Of a stretch of DNA of 64,000 nucleotides, positions 52,716 to 62,431 are shown in pieces. Each line of letters starts with the position of its first letter. Position 1 is the first letter of the stretch. The translations under genes and the position numbers were made by a program. Under the pieces are notes generated by a model that was given only the letters and a program-made list of their open reading frames with translations, was not told the DNA's origin and did no database searches. The DNA is from Candidatus Krumholzibacteriia bacterium (lineage in GTDB: Bacteria > Krumholzibacteriota > Krumholzibacteriia > Krumholzibacteriales > Krumholzibacteriaceae), in assembly GCA_963836185.1 (NCBI GenBank), contig CAWIIQ010000002.1:256001-320000 (forward strand). The letters are read 5' to 3'.

Positions 52716-53684
52716 GTGCCACAGGAATATACGGTAAAGGAATTCTTCGAGGAAAACTCGGAGGAATTCGACCTTGAGGCCCTAACTGAAAACCTGGAGG
52801 GGCCGATCAAGATCACCAGCCAGGACATCCACAGGCCGGCGTTCGCGCTGACAGGATTCATGGAGAACTTCCTCCACAAACGTATACAGATCATAGGCGA
52901 GACCGAGCTGCTCTACCTCGATTCGCTCAACGAAGAGCAGGTCACCGACGCTTTTTCGAGGGTCTTCTCACAGAAGATGCCCTGTATAATCGTTTCGAAG
53001 GGGCTGGACGTGCCCAAGCAGCTGCTCGACTTGGCGGTCGAGAACGGGATACCGGTGCTGCGCACGACGATGCAGACGACCGAGTTCATCCATGACCTGA
53101 CGGGACATCTCGAGCTGATCTTCGCGCCGACGACCATGATCCACGGCTCGCTTGTCGATGTCTACGGGGTGGGCCTGCTCTTCTCGGGGCGCAGCGCGAT
53201 CGGTAAGAGCGAGATCGCGCTCGACCTCGTCGAGAGGGGCCACAGGCTCGTCGCGGACGATGTCGTCGAGGTGTTCAGGCACGGGGACGCCATCCTGGGG
53301 CGCGGGCGCGAGCACCTGAAACATTACATGGAGATCCGCGGCATAGGGATCATAAACGTGATGGACGTTTTCGGGATCAGGGCCGTAAGGATCCAGAAGA
53401 GAGTCGAGGTCGTCGTGCAGCTCGAGGACTGGGATCCTTCGAAGGACTGGGACCGCCACGGGCTCGATGAGCACTATACGGATATCCTCGGCATAGATGT
53501 GCGTCAGGTCGTCATCCCGATCTTTCCCGGCAAGAATATCACCGTGATCGCAGAGACGATCGCGCTCAATCATATGCTCAAGATCTACGGCATCGACGCT
53601 GCCAAGCGCCTCGACCAGCAGCTGCTGGACATGATGGAGAGCGAAAAGAAGACCAGGCGATATCTTCTGTACGATCACGAGTAG
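52716..53684 (+). CDS. hprK: HPr kinase/phosphorylase
   Basis: IHRPAFALTGF, HGSLVDVYGVG, GRSAIGKSE, LVADD, MEIRGIGII. Confidence 0.96.
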   Translation: MPQEYTVKEFFEENSEEFDLEALTENLEGPIKITSQDIHRPAFALTGFMENFLHKRIQIIGETELLYLDSLNEEQVTDAFSRVFSQKMPCIIVSKGLDVPKQLLDLAVENGIPVLRTTMQTTEFIHDLTGHLELIFAPTTMIHGSLVDVYGVGLLFSGRSAIGKSEIALDLVERGHRLVADDVVEVFRHGDAILGRGREHLKHYMEIRGIGIINVMDVFGIRAVRIQKRVEVVVQLEDWDPSKDWDRHGLDEHYTDILGIDVRQVVIPIFPGKNITVIAETIALNHMLKIYGIDAAKRLDQQLLDMMESEKKTRRYLLYDHE

Positions 53685-53689
53685 GAGCC

Positions 53690-54085
53690 ATGACGGACAA
53701 GTACATTACCGGTATCGTTGTCACCCACGGACAACTGGGCGAGGAGCTTCTCAGGACTGTCGGCCTTATAGTCGGAGATGTCCATGACTGCTATGCGCTG
53801 TCGGGCTCCGATCTGGGAGACGAGAAAGTCATCAAGGCGATTCACGAGATACTCGACGCCAATGATGCGAGCAGAGCGGTTGTCTTCGTCGATTATTTCG
53901 GCGGTTCCTGCGGCGCGTCGTGCGTGAGGGCGACCCGCGGACTCGAAGGCGTCAAGGTCATCAGCGGAGTGAATCTGCCGATACTGCTCGACTTTGTCAC
54001 GAAGCAGGGGACCATGGAGCTCGACGAGATCGTGGGCCATCTGATTCACCGCGGCCAGGAAAGCGTCAAGGTCATAGAGATCTGA
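53690..54085 (+). CDS. PTS mannose-family EIIA
   Basis: IVVTHG (phospho-His), VDYFGGS, ISGVNLP. Confidence 0.9.
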   Translation: MTDKYITGIVVTHGQLGEELLRTVGLIVGDVHDCYALSGSDLGDEKVIKAIHEILDANDASRAVVFVDYFGGSCGASCVRATRGLEGVKVISGVNLPILLDFVTKQGTMELDEIVGHLIHRGQESVKVIEI

Positions 54086-54128
54086 CAGGGCAAGATCCCA
54101 CAGAACAGCAAGGAACGAGGAACTGGCG

Positions 54129-54602
54129 ATGGTGATTCTGTTCCGTATTGACGACAGGCTTATACACGCTCAGGTCGTTGTGGGCTGGGGAAGAGACCTC
54201 CAGCCGGACAGGATCATACTTGCCGACGACCTGGTCAGCGCCGAGGACTGGGAAAAGGAGCTGTACGCCAGCGCCGCCGAGCCCGACTTCAAGGCCACGG
54301 TGCTTTCGATCGCTGACGCGGTCGAACAGGTAGGCGGAGGAGTCTTTGACAGCGAAAAGATATTCCTGCTCGTCCGGGGGCCCGCGGAAGCGCTGGAGAT
54401 GCTGAACATGGGATTGACGATGACCGAGATAAATGTCGGGGGGCTGCATTTTCGCGAGGGCCGTAAAAAGATCACAGATAACGTCTGGGTCGACGACGGT
54501 GAGAAGGAGCTCCTGCGCGACATAATGAAGAAGGGTATAACGCTCGAAGCGAGGGCGCTTCCGGGCGACAAGAGGATAACGATCAATTCAAAGGTAGTAT
54601 GA
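54129..54602 (+). CDS. PTS mannose/sorbose-family EIIB
   Basis: RIDDRLIHAQVVVGW, INVGGL. Confidence 0.93.
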   Translation: MVILFRIDDRLIHAQVVVGWGRDLQPDRIILADDLVSAEDWEKELYASAAEPDFKATVLSIADAVEQVGGGVFDSEKIFLLVRGPAEALEMLNMGLTMTEINVGGLHFREGRKKITDNVWVDDGEKELLRDIMKKGITLEARALPGDKRITINSKVV

Positions 54603-54619
54603 CGATAAGGCGGAAGCTT

Positions 54620-56713
54620 ATGCCGGGCAAGGTCACATTCATTTTCGGGCTCCACAATCATCAGCCGGTCGGTAATTTCGATCACGTTATCGAGGAGGCT
54701 TACGAGAGGTCCTACCTTCCGTTCATTGAGGTGATGAAGGACTACCCCGGCATCCCCTTCGCGCTTCACTGCAGCGGGATCCTCTGGGACTGGTTCGCCG
54801 AAAAACATCCCGAGTACTCCGAAGCCGTCGCTTCGATGGCGGCATCGGGCCAGGCCGAGATCATGTCAGGCGGCTATTACGAGCCTATCCTCACTATAAT
54901 CCCCGAGAGGGACAGGCAGGGGCAGCTTGCGATGATGAAGGAATTCATCGAGGGCAGGTTCGGCTCCGGGCCGCGCGGCTGCTGGCTGACAGAGAGGATA
55001 TGGGATCCGCACCTGCCCGACACCCTCTCGAAGGCGGGTCTCGAGTATGTGATCGTAGACGACTCACATTTCAAGAGCACCGGTTTCAAGATCGAGCAGA
55101 TGCGCGGGTTCTACCTCTCCGAGGAGAACGGCCGGTACATCAATGTATTCCCGATAGACAAGACTCTACGGTACCTCGTTCCCTTTCACGAGCCGCACGA
55201 GGTGATAGCTCACCTCAGGTCGATATCGGAGGAGCCCGGCATCGAGAGGAAGATCGCCGTACTGGCCGACGACGGGGAGAAGTTCGGCCTCTGGACCGGA
55301 ACTCACGACCTCGTATACAAGAACCAGTGGCTGCGCCGATTCTGCGACGAACTGATGAAGAACTCCGACTGGATCACCGTATCCACTTTCTCGAAGGTCA
55401 TCGACGAGACACCCCCGAGGGGGATCGTCTATCTTCCTACCGCTTCGTACAGTGAGATGATGGAATGGGCGCTGCCGCTGCGCGCGCAAGAGCAGTACCA
55501 GGATGCGAAAGGCATCCTCGAGGGGAGCGGGCGTTTCCCCGATGCTGCCGAGGTCGTAAAGGGCGGCTTCTGGCGCAACTTCCTCGTCAAGTACGAGGAA
55601 GCGAACTGGATGCACAAGAGGATGCTCCGCGCGAGCAGGCTTCTCGAAGATTCAGGCAGGGATGACGCCGAGGCAGAGAGCCACCTCTACCAGGCCCAGT
55701 GCAACTGCGCTTACTGGCACGGCCTCTTCGGCGGACTCTACCTGCCCCATCTGCGAAGCGCGATATTCAAGCATGTACTCGAGACTGAGGCGATGCTCGA
55801 GAGCGGCACCTTCGAGCGCGGGGACATCGACGGTGACGGAGTGGAGGAAGTGATCTTTACCTCCGGGAAGATGCAGGCCTTCTTCAAGGCGAAGGGGGGT
55901 GTCCTGCGTGAGCTCGATGACATGCGGACGAAGTTCAACATCACCGATACCCTGACGCGCCGCGAAGAGATATATCACAAGGGTCTTGCTGACATCGGAA
56001 AAGAAGGCGGGAACGGGAACGAACCTGTCAGCATCCACAACCTCGCCACCGCGAAGGAGAAGGGGCTCGAGAAGAAGCTCCTATACGACCGCTGGCCGAA
56101 GGCATCGCTGTCCGACAGGTTCATGCCGGCCGATACCACTCTCGGCGCCTTCGCGGCGGGCACATACACCGAGCTTGGTGATTTTGTCGACGGACTCTAC
56201 GAAGTCGAGACCGAAAACGACAATATCATAATCATGAACCGGGCCGGTCTCGTCGGCTCCGAACGTGCCCATGTCCGTAAGATGGTGACCATCGACGGCG
56301 CTGACTGCTCGATGAAGGTGGACTATACCATCATAGCAGGCAGAAACGGGCTCTCATGTCTTTTCGCCGTAGAGAACGTCTTTTCCTTCCTCGCCGGGGA
56401 CGCTCCCGACAGGTATTTCGATATCCCGGGCCGCGAGATCGCAGGGGGCAGAAACCTTGCTTCCAGTGGTGTCGAAGAGGAAGTCGCTCTCCTGAGGATG
56501 GTCGACGAATGGCTCGACCTTTCGCTGAAGATGGAGTTTTCGCCGGGCACGGATGTCTGGCGATACCCGATCGAGACCGTCTCGAACTCCGATTCGGGTT
56601 TCGAGAGGGTCTACCAGGGCTCGGCCGTTGTGGCCGTGAGAAAGCTGGACCTGGGGCCGGACGAATCGGAAACGTTTGTCTTGAGATTCGGCATCCTGCC
56701 GGCGCGCCAATGA
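54620..56713 (+). CDS. GH57 alpha-amylase/4-alpha-glucanotransferase
   Basis: HNHQPVGN, WLTERIW (Glu nucleophile), DDGEKFG (Asp acid/base), AQCNCAYWHGLFGGLY, GFERVYQGS. Confidence 0.93.
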   Translation: MPGKVTFIFGLHNHQPVGNFDHVIEEAYERSYLPFIEVMKDYPGIPFALHCSGILWDWFAEKHPEYSEAVASMAASGQAEIMSGGYYEPILTIIPERDRQGQLAMMKEFIEGRFGSGPRGCWLTERIWDPHLPDTLSKAGLEYVIVDDSHFKSTGFKIEQMRGFYLSEENGRYINVFPIDKTLRYLVPFHEPHEVIAHLRSISEEPGIERKIAVLADDGEKFGLWTGTHDLVYKNQWLRRFCDELMKNSDWITVSTFSKVIDETPPRGIVYLPTASYSEMMEWALPLRAQEQYQDAKGILEGSGRFPDAAEVVKGGFWRNFLVKYEEANWMHKRMLRASRLLEDSGRDDAEAESHLYQAQCNCAYWHGLFGGLYLPHLRSAIFKHVLETEAMLESGTFERGDIDGDGVEEVIFTSGKMQAFFKAKGGVLRELDDMRTKFNITDTLTRREEIYHKGLADIGKEGGNGNEPVSIHNLATAKEKGLEKKLLYDRWPKASLSDRFMPADTTLGAFAAGTYTELGDFVDGLYEVETENDNIIIMNRAGLVGSERAHVRKMVTIDGADCSMKVDYTIIAGRNGLSCLFAVENVFSFLAGDAPDRYFDIPGREIAGGRNLASSGVEEEVALLRMVDEWLDLSLKMEFSPGTDVWRYPIETVSNSDSGFERVYQGSAVVAVRKLDLGPDESETFVLRFGILPARQ

Positions 56714-56734
56714 TCTGGAGCTGAGATACTGATC

Positions 56735-57439
56735 ATGCATCCCCTTCTTGTGGCATCTCTTCTCGGGGGAGCGCTCTCCTTCGAGTACCGGACGTCGATC
56801 AGGCTCTACCTGTCGGCGCCGCTGGTCAGCGGGCTCATAACGGGCCTTCTGCTCGGGTATCCCCTCCATGGGCTCCTGGCGGGGGTGCTGATGCAGCTTC
56901 TCTTTATCGGTTCTGTGAGGCTCAGGGGGAGGCCTGAGGCGGATCTGCCCCCGGCTGGAGTGGTCGCCGCGGCCGCCTTCATCATAGTCTCCCGTGATAC
57001 GGGCAGGGTCACGACGATGGACGGGCTGATCCTGTTCTGGTCGCTTCTGCTCGGGCTGCTGACCGCCGCCTTCGGCTCGATATTCTATACTCAGTGGGAA
57101 AAGTTCGCGGCGAGGCCCGCCGGCAGCGGGCTCGAACTCGCCCGTAAGGGGAGAACGCGCTCCGCTTCGGCGATTCACCTCGGTCTATCCCTCGTACACT
57201 TCGCCTGGGGTTTCCTGGTGGTCCTGGTGGTGCTGCTGCCGGGGCTCGCGGCTGTGAGATATCTCTCTACGGGGATCGATGTCCTGTCGGCCGGATCGAT
57301 GGGATCGCTTCCCTTTCTCATACCCCTGATCGCAGCCGGAGCGATCCTGAAGCTTCTTCGTGACCGGACGAGGCTCTTCTGGTTCGGAGCGGGATTTCTC
57401 ATCGCCGCCGTATTCTTCATATTCGGGGGAGGCGTATGA
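56735..57439 (+). CDS. PTS mannose-family EIIC (divergent)
   Basis: LSAPLVSGLITGLLLGYPLHGLLAGVLMQLLFIG resembles the EII-Sor N-terminus; operon context. Confidence 0.72.
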   Translation: MHPLLVASLLGGALSFEYRTSIRLYLSAPLVSGLITGLLLGYPLHGLLAGVLMQLLFIGSVRLRGRPEADLPPAGVVAAAAFIIVSRDTGRVTTMDGLILFWSLLLGLLTAAFGSIFYTQWEKFAARPAGSGLELARKGRTRSASAIHLGLSLVHFAWGFLVVLVVLLPGLAAVRYLSTGIDVLSAGSMGSLPFLIPLIAAGAILKLLRDRTRLFWFGAGFLIAAVFFIFGGGV

Positions 57440-58164
57440 TCTGGCTCGCCATCGATACTGTCTGGCGGCTCTTCTTCATGCAGGGCTCCCGCAACGGCCG
57501 CACGGTCGACGGGCTCGGCTTCTTCAATGTCATGGAGCCGCTCGTAAGGCGCCTGGCCCGCACGGGGCAGGACAAGGGTGAGGCCGCCTCGAGATATACC
57601 GGATATTTCAACTGTAATCCTCTGATGGCCTCATATATAGCCGGCGCCCTGACGAGGATGGAACTCGATGAAGCCGGCGGGGGCGGGCTGGACGCTCGGA
57701 AAGCCGAAAGGGTCAAAGATACGATGTCGTCCGTTCTGACTGCCAGGGGGGACTATTTTGTCGAAATGGTGCTCCTTCTCGTTTCGTTGACAATCGGAAG
57801 TATTTTTGCTATTTATACGTGGTATGCCGGACCGGTAGTCTTTCTGGCTCTATATAATCTGTATAATTTCCGTATTAGGATAGGCGGTTACCGGACAGGC
57901 CTGCATCTCGGAGAGGGCACAGGGCGGGCGCTTGCGGCGCAACTGCTGAAAGAGCAGAAGCTGCTCGGTTCGATCGGGGCCTTTTCCGCCGGGGTCCTCG
58001 TGGCCCTTTTGACGGTCAGGGCCTGGAGATTCGGTGGGCCGCGCATCGCCGCCGCGGGAGTGGTGCTGGCGGCTGCGGCCTGGCTCGCCAGGGGACGGAT
58101 GTCCATGCTCAAGACGGCCTTTCTGCTGCTCCTGGCGGCAGGGGTCTTTCTTACACTGTGGTAG
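57436..58164 (+). CDS. PTS mannose-family EIID (divergent)
   Basis: RLFFMQGSRN...GLGF, YFNCNPLMASYIAG, ARGDYF. Confidence 0.8.
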   Translation: MIWLAIDTVWRLFFMQGSRNGRTVDGLGFFNVMEPLVRRLARTGQDKGEAASRYTGYFNCNPLMASYIAGALTRMELDEAGGGGLDARKAERVKDTMSSVLTARGDYFVEMVLLLVSLTIGSIFAIYTWYAGPVVFLALYNLYNFRIRIGGYRTGLHLGEGTGRALAAQLLKEQKLLGSIGAFSAGVLVALLTVRAWRFGGPRIAAAGVVLAAAAWLARGRMSMLKTAFLLLLAAGVFLTLW

Positions 58165-58195
58165 ATGACTGCCTGAAAAGGACAGGCTTTAAGAT

Positions 58196-58468
58196 ATGGT
58201 CACCAGCAAGGTCAAGGTCCTCAACAAGACCGGTATACACCTGAGACTCGCCAACCTGATCGTCAATGCCGCCTCGCAGTTCGAGTCGGCGGTGATGCTG
58301 GAGAAGGACGGTCTCGAGGTGAACGCGAAGAGCATGCTCGGAGTGGCGATGCTTGGCGCCGAGCAGGGGGCCGAACTGATGTTGAATATAGATGGAAGCG
58401 ACGAGGAAGAAGCCCTGGATACTCTGACCGGACTGTTCGAGACGAACTTCGGCAGAGAGGTGGTCTGA
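58196..58468 (+). CDS. ptsH: Phosphocarrier protein HPr
   Basis: NKTGIHLRLA (His15), VNAKSMLGV (Ser46), GSDEEEAL. Confidence 0.92.
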   Translation: MVTSKVKVLNKTGIHLRLANLIVNAASQFESAVMLEKDGLEVNAKSMLGVAMLGAEQGAELMLNIDGSDEEEALDTLTGLFETNFGREVV

Positions 58469-60279
58469 TGGATCGGATGGATCGCGAGCATATAGAAAAG
58501 ACAGAGATGATATTCGATGGTATCGCCGCGTCGCCGGGGATCGCCTTCGGGGAGGCCTTTGTCCTCAATGTCGAGGACGTTTCGGTCGAAGACGAGCGGA
58601 TCGGCGCCGATATGGTCGAGCCCGAGATCGCGAGGTTCGAGGAGGCCCTAGATGCGACGGAGAAGGAACTCAGGGCCCTTGCCCGCGCCCTCGAAGAGGA
58701 GATGGGGCGGGAGCACGCCAAGATCCTCGATTCGCACGTCATGATGCTCGCCGACGAAGTCATGCGCAAGGACACGATAGATGTTATCAGCACCGAGCAT
58801 GTCTCGGCGCCGTGCGCTTTCCATCGCGTGATCGACAAGACGCTCAGGGCGTTCGACCAGATCGAGGACCAGTACCTCAAGGAGCGGTCAGAGGATGTCC
58901 GAGACGTCAGGCGGCGCGTCATCAGGAACCTGCTCGGCCAGAAGGTCGACGGGCTCGTCAACCTTCGCAAGGAAGCGATCGTCGTCGGGAAGAACCTGAC
59001 ACCGTCCGATACGATGGGATTCAAACGCAAGTATGTGAAGGCCTTCGTCTCGGACATGGGCGGCTCTACCTCCCACGCCGCGATCATGGCCAGGTCACAC
59101 GGCATCCCCGCTGTCGTCGGGGCCGAAGGATTCAGCGCCCACGCCAAACCATACGACAAGCTCATTGTCGATGGAACGGCCGGACAGGTCGTTCTCAATC
59201 CCACCCCCGAGACGGTCAAGCTGTACGAGGTGGCAAGAGAGAGGTTCAAGCTGCTCGAGGCCGAGCTGCTGAAACTGAAGGATTACCCCGCCGTTACGCT
59301 CGACGGCCGAAAGATCGAGCTGTCCGGCAATATAGAGTCTGCCGACGAGCTCGATGACGTTGTCAGTCACGGAGCGAAAGGGATCGGCCTCTTCAGAACG
59401 GAGTACTTCTTCATGGGGCGGGCGACTCTTCCTGGCGAGGAGGAGCAGTACAGGTTCTACTCCGACGTGGTAAAGAGGATCGCGCCCGATCCCGTCATCG
59501 TGAGGACCCTCGATATCGGCGGCGACAAGATCGCCAAGTGGGTCGATGACAGGCCGGAGGAGAATCCCTTCATGGGATGGCGCGGCATCAGGTTTACCCT
59601 TTCGAGAAAAGATATCTTCCGGACCCAGCTGCGGGCGATTTACAGGGCCGCGGCGCATGGCCGGGTCAGGATAATGTTCCCCATGGTATCGGTCGTCGAC
59701 GAGGTCAGGGCGGCTCTGGCTATCTGCGAAGAAGTCAGGGATGACCTGGAGAAGGAGAGATACCAGTACGGCAAGGATGTCGAGATCGGTATCATGATCG
59801 AGACCCCCTCCGCAGTGGCGCTCGCCGACCATCTTGCCAAGGAGGTCGATTTTTTCAGCATAGGCTCAAACGATCTCGTGCAGTATACGCTCGCCGTAGA
59901 CAGGGGCAATTCGCGGATCGCCTATCTCTATGACGAGCTGCACCCGAGCATCGTCAGGATGATCAATGATACGGTGCAGGCTGCGCACAAGAACAACATA
60001 TGGGCCGGCCTCTGCGGCGAGATGACCGCAAGCGCCGGCGTTCACGGAACGCTTCTTCTGATAGGGGCGGGCCTCGATGAGCTCAGCGCTCCCGCTTTCC
60101 TGATTCCCGAGGTCAAGAAGATCATCAGATCCGTCACTTACGATGAGACAAAGACACTGCTCAAGAAAGCGCTGAGGAAATCGACCGCAGCGGAGATACG
60201 GGCGCTTATCGACAAGTACCTCAAGGACAAGAGGCCGCAGCTGCAGGAATTCGCGATAAAGGGTTCGAAACAGGAATAG
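58468..60279 (+). CDS. ptsI: PEP-protein phosphotransferase (Enzyme I)
   Basis: GIAASPG, GGSTSHAAIMARS, GLFRTE, RTLDIGGDK, SIGSNDL, GLCGE. Confidence 0.96.
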   Translation: MDRMDREHIEKTEMIFDGIAASPGIAFGEAFVLNVEDVSVEDERIGADMVEPEIARFEEALDATEKELRALARALEEEMGREHAKILDSHVMMLADEVMRKDTIDVISTEHVSAPCAFHRVIDKTLRAFDQIEDQYLKERSEDVRDVRRRVIRNLLGQKVDGLVNLRKEAIVVGKNLTPSDTMGFKRKYVKAFVSDMGGSTSHAAIMARSHGIPAVVGAEGFSAHAKPYDKLIVDGTAGQVVLNPTPETVKLYEVARERFKLLEAELLKLKDYPAVTLDGRKIELSGNIESADELDDVVSHGAKGIGLFRTEYFFMGRATLPGEEEQYRFYSDVVKRIAPDPVIVRTLDIGGDKIAKWVDDRPEENPFMGWRGIRFTLSRKDIFRTQLRAIYRAAAHGRVRIMFPMVSVVDEVRAALAICEEVRDDLEKERYQYGKDVEIGIMIETPSAVALADHLAKEVDFFSIGSNDLVQYTLAVDRGNSRIAYLYDELHPSIVRMINDTVQAAHKNNIWAGLCGEMTASAGVHGTLLLIGAGLDELSAPAFLIPEVKKIIRSVTYDETKTLLKKALRKSTAAEIRALIDKYLKDKRPQLQEFAIKGSKQE

Positions 60280-60295
60280 ACCCGGAGGAGACGGG

Positions 60296-61372
60296 ATGGC
60301 TCCCGACCACTCGGCAAGACATTACGGGATAGACACCGGGAAGATGCTCGACAAGGTCCTCGGACTGCCGGACCAGATGGCCGAGGCGTGGGACCTTGCC
60401 GACGAGCTGGTCGAATGCATGCCTGCCGGGGCGCCGACCCTCATCATCTGCGGGATGGGCGGGAGCGCCATCGGCGGACAGCTCCTTCGCGACCTGATAG
60501 CCGAAGACTCCGACGTCTCGGTGCATATCGAGAGAGGCTACACACTGCCAGCGTTCGCGGGGAAGGAGACCCCGGTCGTCTGTATAAGCTACAGCGGCAA
60601 CACCGAGGAGGTCCTCGGCTGCTTTCGCGACGGGCTGGAGAGAGGGTCGCCTATGGCTGTCATCTCATCGGGGGGCATACTCACCGATGAGGCGAAGAAG
60701 GCGGGGATCCCGGGTCTGCTCATACCGGGAGGGATGCCGCCGAGAGCGGCGCTCGGCTACCTCTTCACACCCCTGCTGAAGCTCGCTTCATGCTGGGGAT
60801 TCTGCTCGATCGATGAGGAGGAGTTCAGGTCGGTGCTTCGGAAGACGCGCAAGCTCCTCGACAAATGTTCCCTCGAGGCTGACCTCGCCGGGAACACGCC
60901 GATGCAGCTGGCCAAGAGGCTCTACGGGAAGATCCCGCTCGTGTACAGCGCCAACGGGCTCCTCGTCGGGGCGGCGTACAGGTGGAAGTGCCAGTTCAAT
61001 GAGAACAGCAAGTGCATGGCCTTCGTCAATAATTTCCCCGAGCTGGGCCACAACGAGATAATGGGCTGGGACAGCCCTGAGAAGATACTGCAGGAGATAT
61101 TCCTCGTAATGCTCACTGATGTCGACGACCACCCTCGGGTGGGAAAGAGGATGGAGGTGACTTACGAGATGCTCGAGCCGCTGGCGGCTGGAGCGATCAA
61201 GCTCAACAGCGTCGGAGGTCCGGGGTTCGCGGGGAGGCTCGCCAGGCTCCTTTCGATAGTCGCCCTCGGCGACCTCACGAGTGTATATCTCGCCGTGGAG
61301 TCGGGGAAGGACCCCACGCCGATAGACAAGATAGAAGAGATCAAGAATCTGCTCAGATCGGAGGATGAATGA
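60296..61372 (+). CDS. Bifunctional phosphoglucose/phosphomannose isomerase
   Basis: CGMGGSAIGG, SYSGNTEE, PPRAAL, RWKCQFNENSK, PELGHNE. Confidence 0.93.
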   Translation: MAPDHSARHYGIDTGKMLDKVLGLPDQMAEAWDLADELVECMPAGAPTLIICGMGGSAIGGQLLRDLIAEDSDVSVHIERGYTLPAFAGKETPVVCISYSGNTEEVLGCFRDGLERGSPMAVISSGGILTDEAKKAGIPGLLIPGGMPPRAALGYLFTPLLKLASCWGFCSIDEEEFRSVLRKTRKLLDKCSLEADLAGNTPMQLAKRLYGKIPLVYSANGLLVGAAYRWKCQFNENSKCMAFVNNFPELGHNEIMGWDSPEKILQEIFLVMLTDVDDHPRVGKRMEVTYEMLEPLAAGAIKLNSVGGPGFAGRLARLLSIVALGDLTSVYLAVESGKDPTPIDKIEEIKNLLRSEDE

Positions 61373-62343
61373 AAGCCGTAATCCCCGTAGCGGGCATAGG
61401 CAAGCGGCTCCGCCCCCACACGCATACGGGCCCCAAGGCGCTCGTCACAGTCGCGGGAAAACCGATCCTCGGACATATCGTCGACAGCCTCGTCGAGATG
61501 GGAGTGACGGAGCTTATTCCTATCGTAGGATACAAGGGCGAACAGATCACCGAGTACCTCACCACGGCATACGACCTGAAGATCGATTTCGTCCATCAGC
61601 AGGAGCAGAAGGGGATCGCCCACGCGGTCGACCTCACGCGGCAGTTCGCCGATGACTCCGAGCTGATAATCATCCTCGGCGATACGATAATAGACACTGA
61701 TTTCACGAAGATACCGGAGGCGGGCGATTTCGTCCTGGGAGTACGTGAGGTGGAGGACCCGAAAAGGTTCGGGATCTGCGAGGTGGACGGCGGAGTCATC
61801 ACGAGCATAGTAGAGAAGCCGGATGACCCGAAAGGCAACCTCGCCATAGTCGGGCTCTACTATTTCAAGGATTCGGCTCCGCTCTTTAAGGCATGCCGGG
61901 CGGTGATCGACGGGGATATCATGACGAAGGGCGAGTACCAGATCACCGATGCCCTGTCGCTGATGATAGAGAATGGAACGAAATTCGTGCCTTACGAGAT
62001 CGGCGGCTGGTACGACTGCGGAAAGGTCGAGACCCTTCTGGAGACGAACCGTGTGCTGCTCGAGGGAGTCAAGAACGGGGGGCACGGCAGTAATTCAGTG
62101 ATAATCCCTCCCTGTTTCATCGATCCCGGATCGACGATCGAGAACTCCGTGGTCGGGCCTTACGTGTCGGTCGCCGGCGGATGCTCGATAACAGATTCGG
62201 TCGTAAAGGACTCGATATTGAACGAGGGATGTTCACTCTCGAATGTCGTTCTGGAAGCGAGCGTTATCGGGGCAGGAGCCGAAGTTACCGGAAACAGTTC
62301 GAATCTCAATATAAGCGACGATTCGCAGGTCGATCTGGGGTAG
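61369..62343 (+). CDS. Sugar-1-phosphate nucleotidyltransferase with left-handed beta-helix tail
   Basis: KAVIPVAGIGKRLRPHT, VEKP, GEYQITDA, WYDCG. Confidence 0.92.
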   Translation: MKAVIPVAGIGKRLRPHTHTGPKALVTVAGKPILGHIVDSLVEMGVTELIPIVGYKGEQITEYLTTAYDLKIDFVHQQEQKGIAHAVDLTRQFADDSELIIILGDTIIDTDFTKIPEAGDFVLGVREVEDPKRFGICEVDGGVITSIVEKPDDPKGNLAIVGLYYFKDSAPLFKACRAVIDGDIMTKGEYQITDALSLMIENGTKFVPYEIGGWYDCGKVETLLETNRVLLEGVKNGGHGSNSVIIPPCFIDPGSTIENSVVGPYVSVAGGCSITDSVVKDSILNEGCSLSNVVLEASVIGAGAEVTGNSSNLNISDDSQVDLG

Positions 62344-62431
62344 TGGAATAAGAATTTGACTCCAAGTCCGCAATTTAGGATATGTATACGTACTGTGATC
62401 TATAAATAACAAATGTGAGGGAGGACAATTC

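Noticed and set aside
56710-56734. TGA readthrough or selenocysteine between GH57 and EIIC
   Set aside because: No SECIS-like stem is evident. A normal stop, or an indel near the EIIC start, explains it.
62344-62431. SAM riboswitch before metK
   Set aside because: The region is only 88 bp, AT-rich, and has no SAM-I or SAM-II motifs.
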